Source: a virus (taxonomy: Duplodnaviria > Caudoviricetes). From it: a stretch of 64,000 bases of DNA. Location of the stretch: positions 1,740 through 65,739 of IMG/VR virus record IMGVR_UViG_3300047321_000093; one strand, written 5' to 3'. Positions 37,875 through 47,817 of the stretch are shown piece by piece; positions within the stretch are counted from its first letter, which is position 1; each line of letters starts with the position of its first letter. Position numbers and translations under genes: made by a program. Below the pieces are notes generated by a model. It did no database searches and was not told where the DNA came from. It saw only the letters and a list, made by a program, of their open reading frames with translations.

Positions 37875-38257
37875 GAGCCAACATGGACCGCCTGCACAAC
37901 ATGATCCGCCTGCATTTCAACGGATTTGACGAATACACGTGGTGGTGTGGGCGGTGGGTCTATCGCCGTACTGTTGACTACCGCTATGTCACTTTGCAGT
38001 GAGGGATGAAATGACCTCAAACGATGCATTCGGCTATGCCATGGCATTCACATTTGGCTGCATGGGAGTTCTCCTGCTTGTCTACGCCGCATGGCTGACC
38101 AAGGAACTCTTCTCCGGGAAGAAGAAATGACAGCCACATACATAACGATCGGCCTGAGTGCCTGGGCGATTGCCGCCTTATTTGCGATCGCAGTCATCCG
38201 TGGCTCCGACGAACGCCGCAAGGATCGGAAGCGGGAAACGGAATGGAGGGTGGAAGC

Positions 38258-38506
38258 ATGAAACGCATCGCATTGATTCTAGCCAGTGTCGCCATGCTTG
38301 CGGCCTGCACCGACGAGACTGCGGCACGAAAAGCGCTGGAGGCATCCGGGTTCAGCGACATCAAGCTGACAGGATATTCGTACTTCGGGTGCGACAAGCA
38401 CGACACATTCTCGACGGGATTTGAAGCCCGAGGACCCAAAGGACAATTCACCGAAGGCGTCGTCTGCTCTGGCTGGATGAAGGGCGCGACGATCCGGTTT
38501 GATTGA
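38258..38506 (+). CDS. Small lipoprotein
   Basis: Lipobox LAAC; GVVCSG..KG.TIRF. Confidence 0.7.
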   Translation: MKRIALILASVAMLAACTDETAARKALEASGFSDIKLTGYSYFGCDKHDTFSTGFEARGPKGQFTEGVVCSGWMKGATIRFD

Positions 38507-38680
38507 GGAGGTCGCCATGAAACACCAAACCGACGACGGTTGGCAGGACTGGGACTACTGGTCTACGGTCGCGAGCCAAGTGCTTCGCGAGGAAAAGAAG
38601 CAGGCCGATTGGCTGGCTTGGCTGAGGTTCCGCGCGGAGTTGCTGGGGCCGTTTGATGAATCGACAGGAGATTTTGAACG

Positions 38681-38896
38681 ATGAGCAAGCAGAGCGAAGC
38701 AAAAGAGGCGCAAAACTATCGCAAACAGCCGATGTGCTGCCAGTGCTGCGCGCACTTCTCGATGGACCGCGTCAAGGTTAAGAAAACTTGGCTGACGAAC
38801 CCGGTGCTCGAAGACAAGAATCTACGCTGCGGTGTCGGTGGTTTCGCGGTACAGAAAACTGCATCGTGCGATCGGTTCGAACTCAAGGCTGACTGA
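38681..38896 (+). CDS. Cys-rich hypothetical protein
   Basis: CCQCCAHF...RCGVGGF....SCD. Confidence 0.65.
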   Translation: MSKQSEAKEAQNYRKQPMCCQCCAHFSMDRVKVKKTWLTNPVLEDKNLRCGVGGFAVQKTASCDRFELKAD

Positions 38897-38933
38897 TTCA
38901 ACGAAGCGACGGCCGCTGTTTTATTTTCTATAA

Positions 38934-39134
38934 GCCGCGAGCGGATGAAAGGCCGCAAGAATTCATGTGCTGGGTACACGTGATCGGATGGTATCGCCCG
39001 AATCTTTCGACGGACGTGGGCGATTCCATTTCCCTTGACCCTGACAGCCGGGAAAGACCGGCGCCCTGACGGAACGGAGTTTCCCACTGCAACAACGCCG
39101 GATAACCGGGGACCGGCCTCCGTTCCGCCAGGGC
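38934..39134 (+). ncRNA. Second structured intergenic element
   Basis: Consecutive hairpins including GCCGG-GAAAGA-CCGGC and a 17-bp stem GCCCTGACGGAACGGAG/CTCCGTTCCGCCAGGGC. Confidence 0.45.
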
Positions 39135-39162
39135 CTAACCTTTAACGAAATTGAGGACTGCT

Positions 39163-39354
39163 ATGGGAAAACATGCAAATTCCGTCGCCTGGCGCGAATA
39201 CGAGGCCAAACAGGATCGCGAGCTAGACGCGCACCTGGACGACGAGTCGCCGCTGAGTGAGTTTGAGAAGGCCGCCGAATGGGACGATGAAAGGTGGAAT
39301 CGGCTCGATGACATAAACGCCACGTTCGATCAAGTTTTCAGGGCTATGCGATGA
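39163..39354 (+). CDS. Hypothetical protein
   Basis: GAGG SD; coupled to the next gene. Confidence 0.55.
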   Translation: MGKHANSVAWREYEAKQDRELDAHLDDESPLSEFEKAAEWDDERWNRLDDINATFDQVFRAMR

Positions 39355-39686
39355 GCGAGATCAAGTACACGGCGGGACAAATGCAGGCGGTTCGCGACGC
39401 GCTTGCCGAAACGCTAGGCGGCGATGCATACGACTGCACGCGAGTTTGGTCGGCATGGGGCGTTGGGACGATGAGTCAAGACGACTTCGTGCCGATCAAT
39501 GAGGACGACGATCGCCTGCACGAACTGACGATTGCGGCGCTTGATGCGTCGGGTGTGGCGGAACTGCTTGAAGCGCTGCGCCTTTGCTACGACCACTGCC
39601 GGCTCTATTACAGCGAGGTCGAGCGCAATAACGTAGGCGAAGCGGTGCGCGCCGCAATTGCCAATGCCACCGGGAGCCAACCATGA
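39351..39686 (+). CDS. Hypothetical protein
   Basis: AYDCTRVWSAW.VGTM..DDF...ELLEAL. Confidence 0.65.
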   Translation: MSEIKYTAGQMQAVRDALAETLGGDAYDCTRVWSAWGVGTMSQDDFVPINEDDDRLHELTIAALDASGVAELLEALRLCYDHCRLYYSEVERNNVGEAVRAAIANATGSQP

Positions 39687-39858
39687 CCACTTACCAAGAC
39701 GGCATCCGCGTATCAATCAGCGCCGATGCCCGGAAGAAGTATGAGGACGACCTGCGCCTGACCCGCGTGGATCGCCTGTACACCGAGATCAAGATCGGCG
39801 CCGCTGGCGGTGCGTTGCTAGTCATCGCTGGACTGGTTGCAAAACAACTATTGGGAGC

Positions 39859-40122
39859 GTGATGGAAGGCTTGACCCTGGACGATCTGAAGAAGCTGCGC
39901 CACATGCTGGGCATGACCTACGAGCGACGAAACTGGGGCTTTCGCAACTACTACGCCACAAGCGGCGGTGAGGCGATGGCGTCACTGGATCGCCTCACGA
40001 CGCTGGGCTATGTAGTGAAGGGCCATGTCGACGACAGCATGCACTACTACCACGCAACCGAAGCCGGAATGATCGCGGCTGGGTTGAACGCCAAACAAAT
40101 CAAACGGGCGATGGAGGATTGA
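39859..40122 (+). CDS. Hypothetical protein
   Basis: LRHMLG...RNYY...YHATEAG. Confidence 0.65.
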   Translation: MMEGLTLDDLKKLRHMLGMTYERRNWGFRNYYATSGGEAMASLDRLTTLGYVVKGHVDDSMHYYHATEAGMIAAGLNAKQIKRAMED

Positions 40123-40123
40123 A

Positions 40124-40309
40124 ATGAACATTCAGAAGAACACGGACTTGCGCCACGTACAAACCGCGCTGTCGCCCGATGAACGCCTCTCCGCGATCAA
40201 CGAAAGCAAGCGCCTGCAGGCTATCAAGGCGCTCGGGTCGCGATGGCTGCTGGCGCCTGACTATGACGGCCACTATCGGCCGGAGCTTCATGCGCGGAGC
40301 CGCGAATGA
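40124..40309 (+). CDS. Hypothetical protein
   Basis: AIKALGSRWLLA; coupled. Confidence 0.55.
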   Translation: MNIQKNTDLRHVQTALSPDERLSAINESKRLQAIKALGSRWLLAPDYDGHYRPELHARSRE

Positions 40310-40956
40310 GCGCGAAACTGCAGTTAGTCGGGATGCGCTTTGGCCGCCTCACCGTTACCGATTCCGCTGGGGCAAAGCACGGCGTAACCATGTGGCGATG
40401 CGAATGTGATTGCGGCGGCAACAAAGAGATTCGAGGCAGCCGTCTCGTGCAGGGCAAAACATCCTCGTGTGGATGCCTGGTCGCGGAGACCATGCGTTCG
40501 ATGGTGATAAAGCATGGGGCAACAGGGACCAGGACATACAAAGCCTGGGACTCGATGAAGCAGCGATGCTTTAACCCTAAAAGCCAGTATTTCGCCGCTT
40601 ACGGCGGTCGGGGGATCTCTGTTTGTGCCCGATGGATGGAATCGTTTGAGAACTTTTTCACCGACATGGGAGATCCGCCGGAGGGAATGTCGTTGGATCG
40701 ATTTCCGGATGTTGATGGCAACTATGAGCCGGGAAATTGCCGATGGGCTACCGATGCCCAGCAATCCCGGAATCGCAGGACTTCGATTTTCGTCGCATTC
40801 AATGGCGAGACGAAATGCATCTCCGAGTGGGCCGAATGCCTTGGGATGAATTACAGCACCGTGCGACACCGACTCAAACAGGTCGACCCGAGCATAGCCT
40901 TCAACGACGCGGCATACAAACAATGGTCATCCAGACGACGAAAGGAGGCGGCATGA
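40306..40956 (+). CDS. HNH-type homing endonuclease
   Basis: RFGRLTV..W.C.CDCG..SCGC..YGGRGI..SLDR....GNYEPGNCRWAT. Confidence 0.85.
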   Translation: MSAKLQLVGMRFGRLTVTDSAGAKHGVTMWRCECDCGGNKEIRGSRLVQGKTSSCGCLVAETMRSMVIKHGATGTRTYKAWDSMKQRCFNPKSQYFAAYGGRGISVCARWMESFENFFTDMGDPPEGMSLDRFPDVDGNYEPGNCRWATDAQQSRNRRTSIFVAFNGETKCISEWAECLGMNYSTVRHRLKQVDPSIAFNDAAYKQWSSRRRKEAA

Positions 40957-41153
40957 GCGATCCCGACTACATGGATTTGGACGACGACCGGAAGGTCGGC
41001 TACTGCAAGCACTGTGAGACCGAGACATATCTCGTCAAGCAGGACGCCGGCTTAGGGCGCATCGAGTACTGGGGCGCCAAGAGTGTGCACCACGACTGGC
41101 GCGACGTCTGCACCGAGTGCCAAAACGAAATTTAGCGAATAAAGGGGAAGGAC

Positions 41154-41447
41154 ATGAAGGTCACGATTAAGGGATGTGTGGTTTTCGGCAAATACGACTG
41201 GGACCACGGCGGCAAGCCGGGTTTCAAATTCTTCGATTACGACCCGGTCGGGAAAGACCACGTCAAGGTCGCGGATCACACGGTCACGGTGGACGTGCCC
41301 GACGACTTCGATCCGCGGAGTCTCATGGTGCAGAGCTTGGAGCAGGAGAAGCAGAGGCTTACGGCCACGTTTCAGGCGCGCATCACTGAGATCAACGGCC
41401 AGATTCAGAACTTGCTGGCACTGGAAAACCATGCGGAGGTGTCGTGA
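41154..41447 (+). CDS. Hypothetical protein
   Basis: VDVPDDFDP...INGQIQNLLALE. Confidence 0.65.
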   Translation: MKVTIKGCVVFGKYDWDHGGKPGFKFFDYDPVGKDHVKVADHTVTVDVPDDFDPRSLMVQSLEQEKQRLTATFQARITEINGQIQNLLALENHAEVS

Positions 41448-42472
41448 GCAACGCACTGCAAGTCATCACGAACGAGATCTACGGCGTCCGAGCGGGCTTT
41501 GAGGCGGTCGCCGTCGATCGCTCCATCAACTTCGAGCGTGAGGCGGGTTTCGCAATCCAGATTCTCGGCAACAGCGAATACGCGCTCGGGATTGCGATGA
41601 GCAACAAGCAGTCCGTTATCGATGCCGTGACGAATATCTCGGCTATCGGTATCAGTCTGAACCCGGCGAAGAAGCAAGCCTACCTGGTGCCGCGTGATCG
41701 GAAGATCTGCCTTGATATTTCCTACATGGGCTTGCTCGATCTGGCTATCGCATCGGGCTCGATCATGTGGGGAAAGGCCGAACTGGTCAAAGAGTCAGAC
41801 GATTTTCGCCTGAATGGGTTCGACAAAGCGCCAGCACATGAGCGGGCGCCGTTCGCGAAAGACCGCGGCGAGGTCGTTGGCGTGTATGTCGTCGCCAAGA
41901 CACACAGCGGCGACTACCTGACCGAGACGATGACCATTGGCGAAGTGAATGATATTCGCGACCGGTCGAGCGCCTGGAAAGCGTGGATCTCGAAACAGAA
42001 ATCCTGTCCGTGGGTTACTGACCACGGTGAAATGTCGAAGAAGACCGTCATCAAGCGTGCCTACAAGACCTGGCCGAAGACGGACCGACTCGATAAGGCC
42101 ATCCACTTCCTCAACACCGATGGAGAGGAAGGACTCGAATCGATCCGACAGCAAAATTCAGCCCCTGCAGGCTGTCCGGAAGATGTCCTGTCGGCGTGGT
42201 GCTCGAAGGCCAAGACTGCGCCGAATCCTGACGCGCTCAGTAAGGTCTGGACTGACGGCCTGGCAATCATCAAGCCGACCAAAGACATGCGCGCCTACAA
42301 CACGTTCAAGGAAACCGTATCGGCGCGCGGGAATGAGTTGAAGAAGCCGCCCGCTGATGGCAACACTATCGACGTGCAGGCCAAGGAAGTGAGTCGCGAG
42401 CCGGGTTCGGACGATGCGGACTTGCAAGCGGACTTTCAGCGCCAGATGGCGAAGGAAGGAGCGACACAATGA
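41444..42472 (+). CDS. recT: RecT-family single-strand annealing protein
   Basis: GISLNP....AYLVP...ISYMGL...W..D..EM.KKTVIKRA.K.WP. Confidence 0.9.
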   Translation: MSNALQVITNEIYGVRAGFEAVAVDRSINFEREAGFAIQILGNSEYALGIAMSNKQSVIDAVTNISAIGISLNPAKKQAYLVPRDRKICLDISYMGLLDLAIASGSIMWGKAELVKESDDFRLNGFDKAPAHERAPFAKDRGEVVGVYVVAKTHSGDYLTETMTIGEVNDIRDRSSAWKAWISKQKSCPWVTDHGEMSKKTVIKRAYKTWPKTDRLDKAIHFLNTDGEEGLESIRQQNSAPAGCPEDVLSAWCSKAKTAPNPDALSKVWTDGLAIIKPTKDMRAYNTFKETVSARGNELKKPPADGNTIDVQAKEVSREPGSDDADLQADFQRQMAKEGATQ

Positions 42473-43386
42473 GCGCGAGACGCCCGTCCATCGACCGGAT
42501 TCTAGAGGCGCTGGACGTCGATACGGTCGCGGGACGCGTATTTTGGAAGAAGGTAAGCAAGAATCACAGCAGGCTAAACGGGAAAGAAGCCGGGAAGCTG
42601 AACGAGACGGACGACAAGAAACGATGGGTTGTTGGAATCGACAAGCAGCGCATTCAACGGTCGCACATCATCTTCGCGGTTGCTGCAGGTGAATGGCCGA
42701 CTCATAAGGTTGCCCATAAGAACAAAGACCCGCTGGATGACAGATTTGAGAATCTGGAGCATGTAGAGACAATGAAGATCTCGCCGCGTGCGTCGGTTCA
42801 GGTAGGCCAACGATTCGGACTGTTGACTGTCGTGTCGGAATGCGGGCGATCTTCCGATAAACATCGGAAATGGCTTTGTGCTTGCGACTGCGGAGGTCAG
42901 AAGGTATGGCAGTCGAATCTGCTGAAGATGTCCAGGTTTCCGTCTTGCGGATGCTACGCGAGGGAGGCGAGCAGGGTTGCCGCGAGAACGCACGGAGGCA
43001 GGAATACTCGCGAGTACTCATCTTGGAGGGCCGCTATTCGACGATGCGAAAAGCCAACAGCCAAGGAATACCCGGCTTATGGTGGACGAGGAATCAAATT
43101 CTGCGAGGAATGGCGAACGTCCTTTGAGGCATTCCGGGACTACATGGGTCCAAGACCACCGAACACCACCTTGGAGCGACTGGACGTTAATGGGAATTAC
43201 GAGCCAGGAAACTGTGTGTGGGCCGCACCGTTAGTCCAGTCACGCAACAAGCGAGCATCAGTTTGGCTGGATTGGGAAGGAGAGCGGCTGCATCTCGCCG
43301 AAATTGCTGTCAGGCTGGGTATCACCTATGGCGCAGCCTTTATGAGACACAAAAGAGGGAAGTTATATGTTGCTCATCGAGTGTAA
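42469..43386 (+). CDS. Tandem-domain HNH homing endonuclease
   Basis: N-terminal GEWP..VAHKN...DDR..NL HNH-like domain plus a second domain homologous to 40306..40956. Confidence 0.8.
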   Translation: MSARRPSIDRILEALDVDTVAGRVFWKKVSKNHSRLNGKEAGKLNETDDKKRWVVGIDKQRIQRSHIIFAVAAGEWPTHKVAHKNKDPLDDRFENLEHVETMKISPRASVQVGQRFGLLTVVSECGRSSDKHRKWLCACDCGGQKVWQSNLLKMSRFPSCGCYAREASRVAARTHGGRNTREYSSWRAAIRRCEKPTAKEYPAYGGRGIKFCEEWRTSFEAFRDYMGPRPPNTTLERLDVNGNYEPGNCVWAAPLVQSRNKRASVWLDWEGERLHLAEIAVRLGITYGAAFMRHKRGKLYVAHRV

Positions 43387-44023
43387 TCAAGGTTCTGAAT
43401 TGTGGCTCCAAAGCCGGAGTGGAGTGATAACCGCGTCGCGCATCGCGGATGCTATTTCCGTTCTGTCCCGAAAGTCTGGAATGAAAAGCCCGGGCGATCC
43501 CACCGAAGCATCCGACAAATACGCTTACGAAGTCGCATTTGAGCGAATCAGCAAGAGGCCATACGGTGCGCCCATAAAGGCATGGACGCTCGACCGCGGG
43601 CATGAATTAGAACCCATCGCCCGCATGCTGTACGAGGAACGTACCGGAAACCTCGCGCTGGAGTCGGGCATCGTTTTGTCCGACGACCGTAAATTCGGAT
43701 ACTCGACAGACGGGTTCCTGAACGACGACCGCGGCATCATCGAGATTAAATGTCCTGTCGATACCGTCAAGATCATGGACATGCTGGTGACTGGCGACAC
43801 GTCGGAATATGACCATCAGATTCAGTTTGGGCTTTTCCTGACTGGCCGCGCTTATTGCGATTTCATCCAGTACGTGCCGGCGCTTGAATCTGTCGGGCGC
43901 GACTTGTACATCAAGCGGATCGAGCGCAACGAAGAGTTCATTGAGGACATGGTGGCGAAGGTCCTGTCCTTTGAAAAGCGAGTGAGCGCATACGAGTCGT
44001 TGCTTCGCCAGCGAGCCGCCTAA
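43367..44023 (+). CDS. YqaJ/lambda-type exonuclease
   Basis: QGS..W...R.G.ITAS, G.ELEP.AR, S.DG, IEIKCP, QIQ. Confidence 0.9.
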   Translation: MLLIECNQGSELWLQSRSGVITASRIADAISVLSRKSGMKSPGDPTEASDKYAYEVAFERISKRPYGAPIKAWTLDRGHELEPIARMLYEERTGNLALESGIVLSDDRKFGYSTDGFLNDDRGIIEIKCPVDTVKIMDMLVTGDTSEYDHQIQFGLFLTGRAYCDFIQYVPALESVGRDLYIKRIERNEEFIEDMVAKVLSFEKRVSAYESLLRQRAA

Positions 44024-44182
44024 CCCTCCACGCACCACTCGCCCATGGGATGAAGCCGGAACAGCCGGCGCGAATCTCCCGCACAAGCGGCGTAGTGGTG
44101 CGCCCAAATCGCACCCGCACATTCCGCCTCAAGCAGACGTTTGGCCGCGCCTGTGTGGGCGGCTATTTTCCGAGATTCAGCC

Positions 44183-44632
44183 ATGACCAAAAAAGACGCA
44201 GTGCCGCTGACCGATGAGCAGATCCGCGACATCGAGAATGACCAAGCGAAACTACCCGGCGCCACGCGCGATAACTTGACGGTTCGTACCGTACGCTCGG
44301 CCCTGATTGCACAGCATGGATTCTGCTCCGACGAAGATCAGTGCACATGCGCTCGCGAAATCGGCTACCGGGTGTGCCAACCGAGCACCCGCACCGCCGA
44401 GCAGGCAGACGCAGTGCGGGCGGATACGCAAGGAAAGCTCATCTTGAACGGCGAGCTAGTCAACATTGGAGTAGACGAGTCTGGAATCGGCGACATGGAG
44501 CTAATCGTAGGTACGCGAGGCGTACTTCTTAGCGGCCTTTCAATCGACGAAACGAAAGCGCTGGCGCCATTACTGTTTCAGGCCGTGAAGCTGATCGTGG
44601 CCCGCGCTTCATCCACCGGAGATCAGGCATGA
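44183..44632 (+). CDS. Hypothetical protein
   Basis: PLTDEQI module; coupled to the next gene. Confidence 0.5.
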   Translation: MTKKDAVPLTDEQIRDIENDQAKLPGATRDNLTVRTVRSALIAQHGFCSDEDQCTCAREIGYRVCQPSTRTAEQADAVRADTQGKLILNGELVNIGVDESGIGDMELIVGTRGVLLSGLSIDETKALAPLLFQAVKLIVARASSTGDQA

Positions 44633-45075
44633 GCCTCGTCATCGTCCCGACGACGCTGGAAGAAGCGAACGCGTTTGTATCAATGCATCACCGCCATCAC
44701 AAGCCGGTCATCGGGCACAAGTTCAGCATCGCAGCAGCATCGGGCGAAACGGTCCACGGCGTAGCGATCATCGGTCGCCCTGTCGCCCGCGGAAACGACG
44801 ACGGCATGACGCTAGAGGTCAACCGCTGCTGCACCGATGGCACGAAAAACGCCTGTTCGATGCTCTACGGATCGGCATGGCGCGCGACTAAGGCAATGGG
44901 CTATCGGCGGCTGATCACCTACACGTTGCCCGCTGAGGGTGGTGTCAGCCTTCGCGCAGCTGGCTGGACGCTAGTCGGCGAGAGAGGAGGAGGAAACTGG
45001 AACACACCTGCTCGACCACGTATCGACACTGACGCTGCTCTGCGCGGCCAGAAACTACTCTGGGAGGCGGCATGA
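44629..45075 (+). CDS. XF1762-family (GNAT/Mom-like) protein
   Basis: HHRHHKP, GRPVAR, EV.R.C.DG..NACSMLY, ITYT...E.G.SLRAAGW. Confidence 0.8.
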   Translation: MSLVIVPTTLEEANAFVSMHHRHHKPVIGHKFSIAAASGETVHGVAIIGRPVARGNDDGMTLEVNRCCTDGTKNACSMLYGSAWRATKAMGYRRLITYTLPAEGGVSLRAAGWTLVGERGGGNWNTPARPRIDTDAALRGQKLLWEAA

Positions 45076-45107
45076 CCACCAACACCACCAAGATCTCCGG
45101 AGAGGCT

Positions 45108-45599
45108 ATGACGGACGAACAACTGAAGCCGTGCCCGTTCTGCGGCGGCGCTGTCGAACTTGAGCAAGCGAATTTGCGCGGCGCCCATCGATGGTGGGGC
45201 GTCGTGTGTCGCAACACCATAAACCTCGGCGGCACATGCGCGGTCGAGCAAATTCCTAGTGCATCACCTGAAGCGGCAACCGAGCGATGGAACCGACGCG
45301 CTGCTGTCAGAGGTGAGGACGCCGCCAATGTGTCGCAGGAGGACTGTGATGCACGCATTCGAAAGTGGCGGGGCGCATTCGACGTAATGCACCGTCGCGC
45401 AATGAATGCCGAAGCCAACGTGAGGGAACTGGTATCACAAGCCCGCGCCGCATCCACGCAACCAGTGGCACAGACGGATGATGCGCGCGACGCGGCACGG
45501 TGGCGCAAAGGCAAGGAAATTGGCTACTTCGCGGTTAGCGATGAAGTAACCCTTGATCAACTACTCGCCGCGCAACCTGTGAGCGGAGGGAAATCGTGA
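45108..45599 (+). CDS. Lar-family restriction alleviation protein
   Basis: LKPCPFCG...WNRR. Confidence 0.75.
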   Translation: MTDEQLKPCPFCGGAVELEQANLRGAHRWWGVVCRNTINLGGTCAVEQIPSASPEAATERWNRRAAVRGEDAANVSQEDCDARIRKWRGAFDVMHRRAMNAEANVRELVSQARAASTQPVAQTDDARDAARWRKGKEIGYFAVSDEVTLDQLLAAQPVSGGKS

Positions 45600-45701
45600 C
45601 AGGAGCAATCGTCATCGTTCTGTTGTGCGATGTCGGGATATTCCTGATCGCATTTTCGCTGGGCAAAAGAGTCGGGTTCGCACTCGCCACAAAGGCAAAT
45701 C

Positions 45702-45926
45702 ATGGATAACGTCAAATTGACGACCGAACAGTTCGATCGCGCGTGCTCGCTGTTGCCCGAAGGAACGATGTGGGGCGAACACCTTACCCCTGAGATCGTC
45801 TTGCACATTGCCCAGGCATCCCGCCGTTCGGCGCTTGAGGAGGCGGCGCAGATGTTTCAAGCGCTAGGGAAAGATCTGGCGGCCATGCAGATCCGCGCCC
45901 TCGCCACGGAGACAAATAATGGATGA
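45702..45926 (+). CDS. Hypothetical protein
   Basis: ALEEAA...IRAL module. Confidence 0.55.
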   Translation: MDNVKLTTEQFDRACSLLPEGTMWGEHLTPEIVLHIAQASRRSALEEAAQMFQALGKDLAAMQIRALATETNNG

Positions 45927-46353
45927 CAAAATCGACACGGACGCGCTGCGCCAGGAGTTCGCCGACTACTGCGTGGATGTCGAGCCCGGCATCAAAGCAA
46001 GGGCTCCGAAGATCAACCAGTTGGAAACGCTCGCGGTTATCGCAATGACGCTCTTTCAGACATGCAAAGAGTACCAAGTCGAGAATGCCGAGCAAGCCGC
46101 CCGCATCGCATCGCTCGAAGCGCAGATCGCCGCTGTGGATGGCTGGAAACTAGTACCAGTCGAACCGACTATGGAAATGGTCGTGGACGGCTTCGAATCC
46201 TGGCCCAGTCGCATGTTCAGCGAACCCGAAGAGTGGATCGCATATGAGGCAATGTCGGGCTGCCAGCAGGCGGCGCACAGGGCTCGGCTTTGCTATGCAG
46301 CGATGCTTGCCGCTGCGCCTTCCGCCGCTCTGGCGCAACAGGAGAAACCATGA
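45919..46353 (+). CDS. Hypothetical phage protein
   Basis: GWKLVPVEPT.EM...YAAMLAAAP module. Confidence 0.7.
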   Translation: MDDKIDTDALRQEFADYCVDVEPGIKARAPKINQLETLAVIAMTLFQTCKEYQVENAEQAARIASLEAQIAAVDGWKLVPVEPTMEMVVDGFESWPSRMFSEPEEWIAYEAMSGCQQAAHRARLCYAAMLAAAPSAALAQQEKP

Positions 46354-46895
46354 CCGATGAACAAAGACGCGCGATCGAGTCTGCAATTGCCGCACTCAAT
46401 ACACTGGGCTGGACGCACGGAGTACCAGCATTGCGCGCCCTTCTAGCCGATGGCGGCAAGGGTGAGGCGGTGGCGTACACGCTCCTTGCTGCGCTGGTCG
46501 ACATTTACGACGATGGCATGAACAACGCGCCCGAAGATCGTTGTTATGTCGAAGGCGCCTGGAAGGAGACGCTTGACGAAGCGCGCGCATACCTCGCCGC
46601 TCCGCAAGCCGAGTGCGCACGAATGGAATTCAAGCCAGTCAGCGGCAACGACCACATGTACGTGCATGGCACACAGGAAGCTATCGACGCCTTGAAAGAA
46701 CGTCTGGCCCACGATTATCTGATGCTGGCGCAAGCCGAGTGCGCACCGCGTGAGGCGATGACGGATGAACGTATCAGCGAAATCATCGAGGAATTTGACG
46801 GTGGCTCATGGATCGACGGCGAGTATCGGATCGAATGCAAAGAGATGATGCGACTTGCCCGCGCCATCGAGCAGGCAGCGAAGGAGAAAGCATGA
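46350..46895 (+). CDS. Mosaic hypothetical protein
   Basis: MTDEQRRAIE; internal repeated QAECA linker. Confidence 0.6.
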   Translation: MTDEQRRAIESAIAALNTLGWTHGVPALRALLADGGKGEAVAYTLLAALVDIYDDGMNNAPEDRCYVEGAWKETLDEARAYLAAPQAECARMEFKPVSGNDHMYVHGTQEAIDALKERLAHDYLMLAQAECAPREAMTDERISEIIEEFDGGSWIDGEYRIECKEMMRLARAIEQAAKEKA

Positions 46896-47188
46896 AACCC
46901 TATGCCGTAGAAGTCAGCTTCACGATGATCGTGATGGCTGAGGATGAGGGAGACGCATACCAATGCGCCCGCGAGAACGCCTCCGAAGCGTGGGGCGATA
47001 CCTACGATCCGCAGTTCGATGTTTGCGGGCAGATGAAAACCGAGGCCGATCTAAAGCGCCACAAGTGGGATGGTCAGTGCATTCCCTACGGCGGTGATGG
47101 CAATACGCGACTCAGCGACATTCTCGCGTCGGTCGAGCCCGAACCCGAGCGCGACACCAAGACCATGGACATGTTTGGAGAAGCCTGA
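46892..47188 (+). CDS. Hypothetical protein
   Basis: C-terminal RDTKTMDMF; ATGA overlap. Confidence 0.65.
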   Translation: MKPYAVEVSFTMIVMAEDEGDAYQCARENASEAWGDTYDPQFDVCGQMKTEADLKRHKWDGQCIPYGGDGNTRLSDILASVEPEPERDTKTMDMFGEA

Positions 47189-47532
47189 TGGGAAGATTCT
47201 ATCGATCGTTTGGCGGCATGTGCTGGCCCGCTCCAAGTTCGCATTTGGGCGACCTGTCGCACAAATTGACCTACGGCGAGCCGACCAAGGAAGAGTTGCT
47301 GGTTTGCGCGTCCGTCATCAACGCCTATCAGCACATGATCCGATTAAGCGCAGTACAGAGGGCCGGAATTATCCGAGAGTTGCGGCTCGGACCTAACGGG
47401 CCAATGCCGGAACGTTGCCACGCTGCGCGCGACGGCGAATGCTCATGGGCGAAATGCCCGCAGATCAAGGACGGCGAGCCGGCCAAGTCGGGGCGTCACT
47501 GCCCGCATGACAACCAGGACGAGGACGAATGA
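47188..47532 (+). CDS. Hypothetical protein
   Basis: CHAARDGEC.W..CPQ..DGEP.KSGRHCP. Confidence 0.6.
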   Translation: MGRFYRSFGGMCWPAPSSHLGDLSHKLTYGEPTKEELLVCASVINAYQHMIRLSAVQRAGIIRELRLGPNGPMPERCHAARDGECSWAKCPQIKDGEPAKSGRHCPHDNQDEDE

Positions 47533-47717
47533 CCCATATCACCAACCGCCGAACGTTCATGGAATCCGCCTATACCAAAGCCAATCAGCCTACGGCGCAA
47601 CTGATAGCGGGCCTGTGCGACGCATTCGCCCAGATGATGGCTGATGACTTCGCCGGCCGGGTAGCGGTCGATCTGCCGGATGGGATCAATGTTGTGAGGG
47701 TGCCGAGGACGAAATGA
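47529..47717 (+). CDS. Hypothetical protein
   Basis: Coupled start, SD. Confidence 0.5.
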   Translation: MTHITNRRTFMESAYTKANQPTAQLIAGLCDAFAQMMADDFAGRVAVDLPDGINVVRVPRTK

Positions 47718-47817
47718 CTGAGACCGAAAAAATGATCGACTGGCTCTGGAGGCGCTTTCCGAATCAGCCGGTTCGGTGTGCGTTGATGGTGAGGATTATA
47801 CGTAGCAGGGAGGTGCG

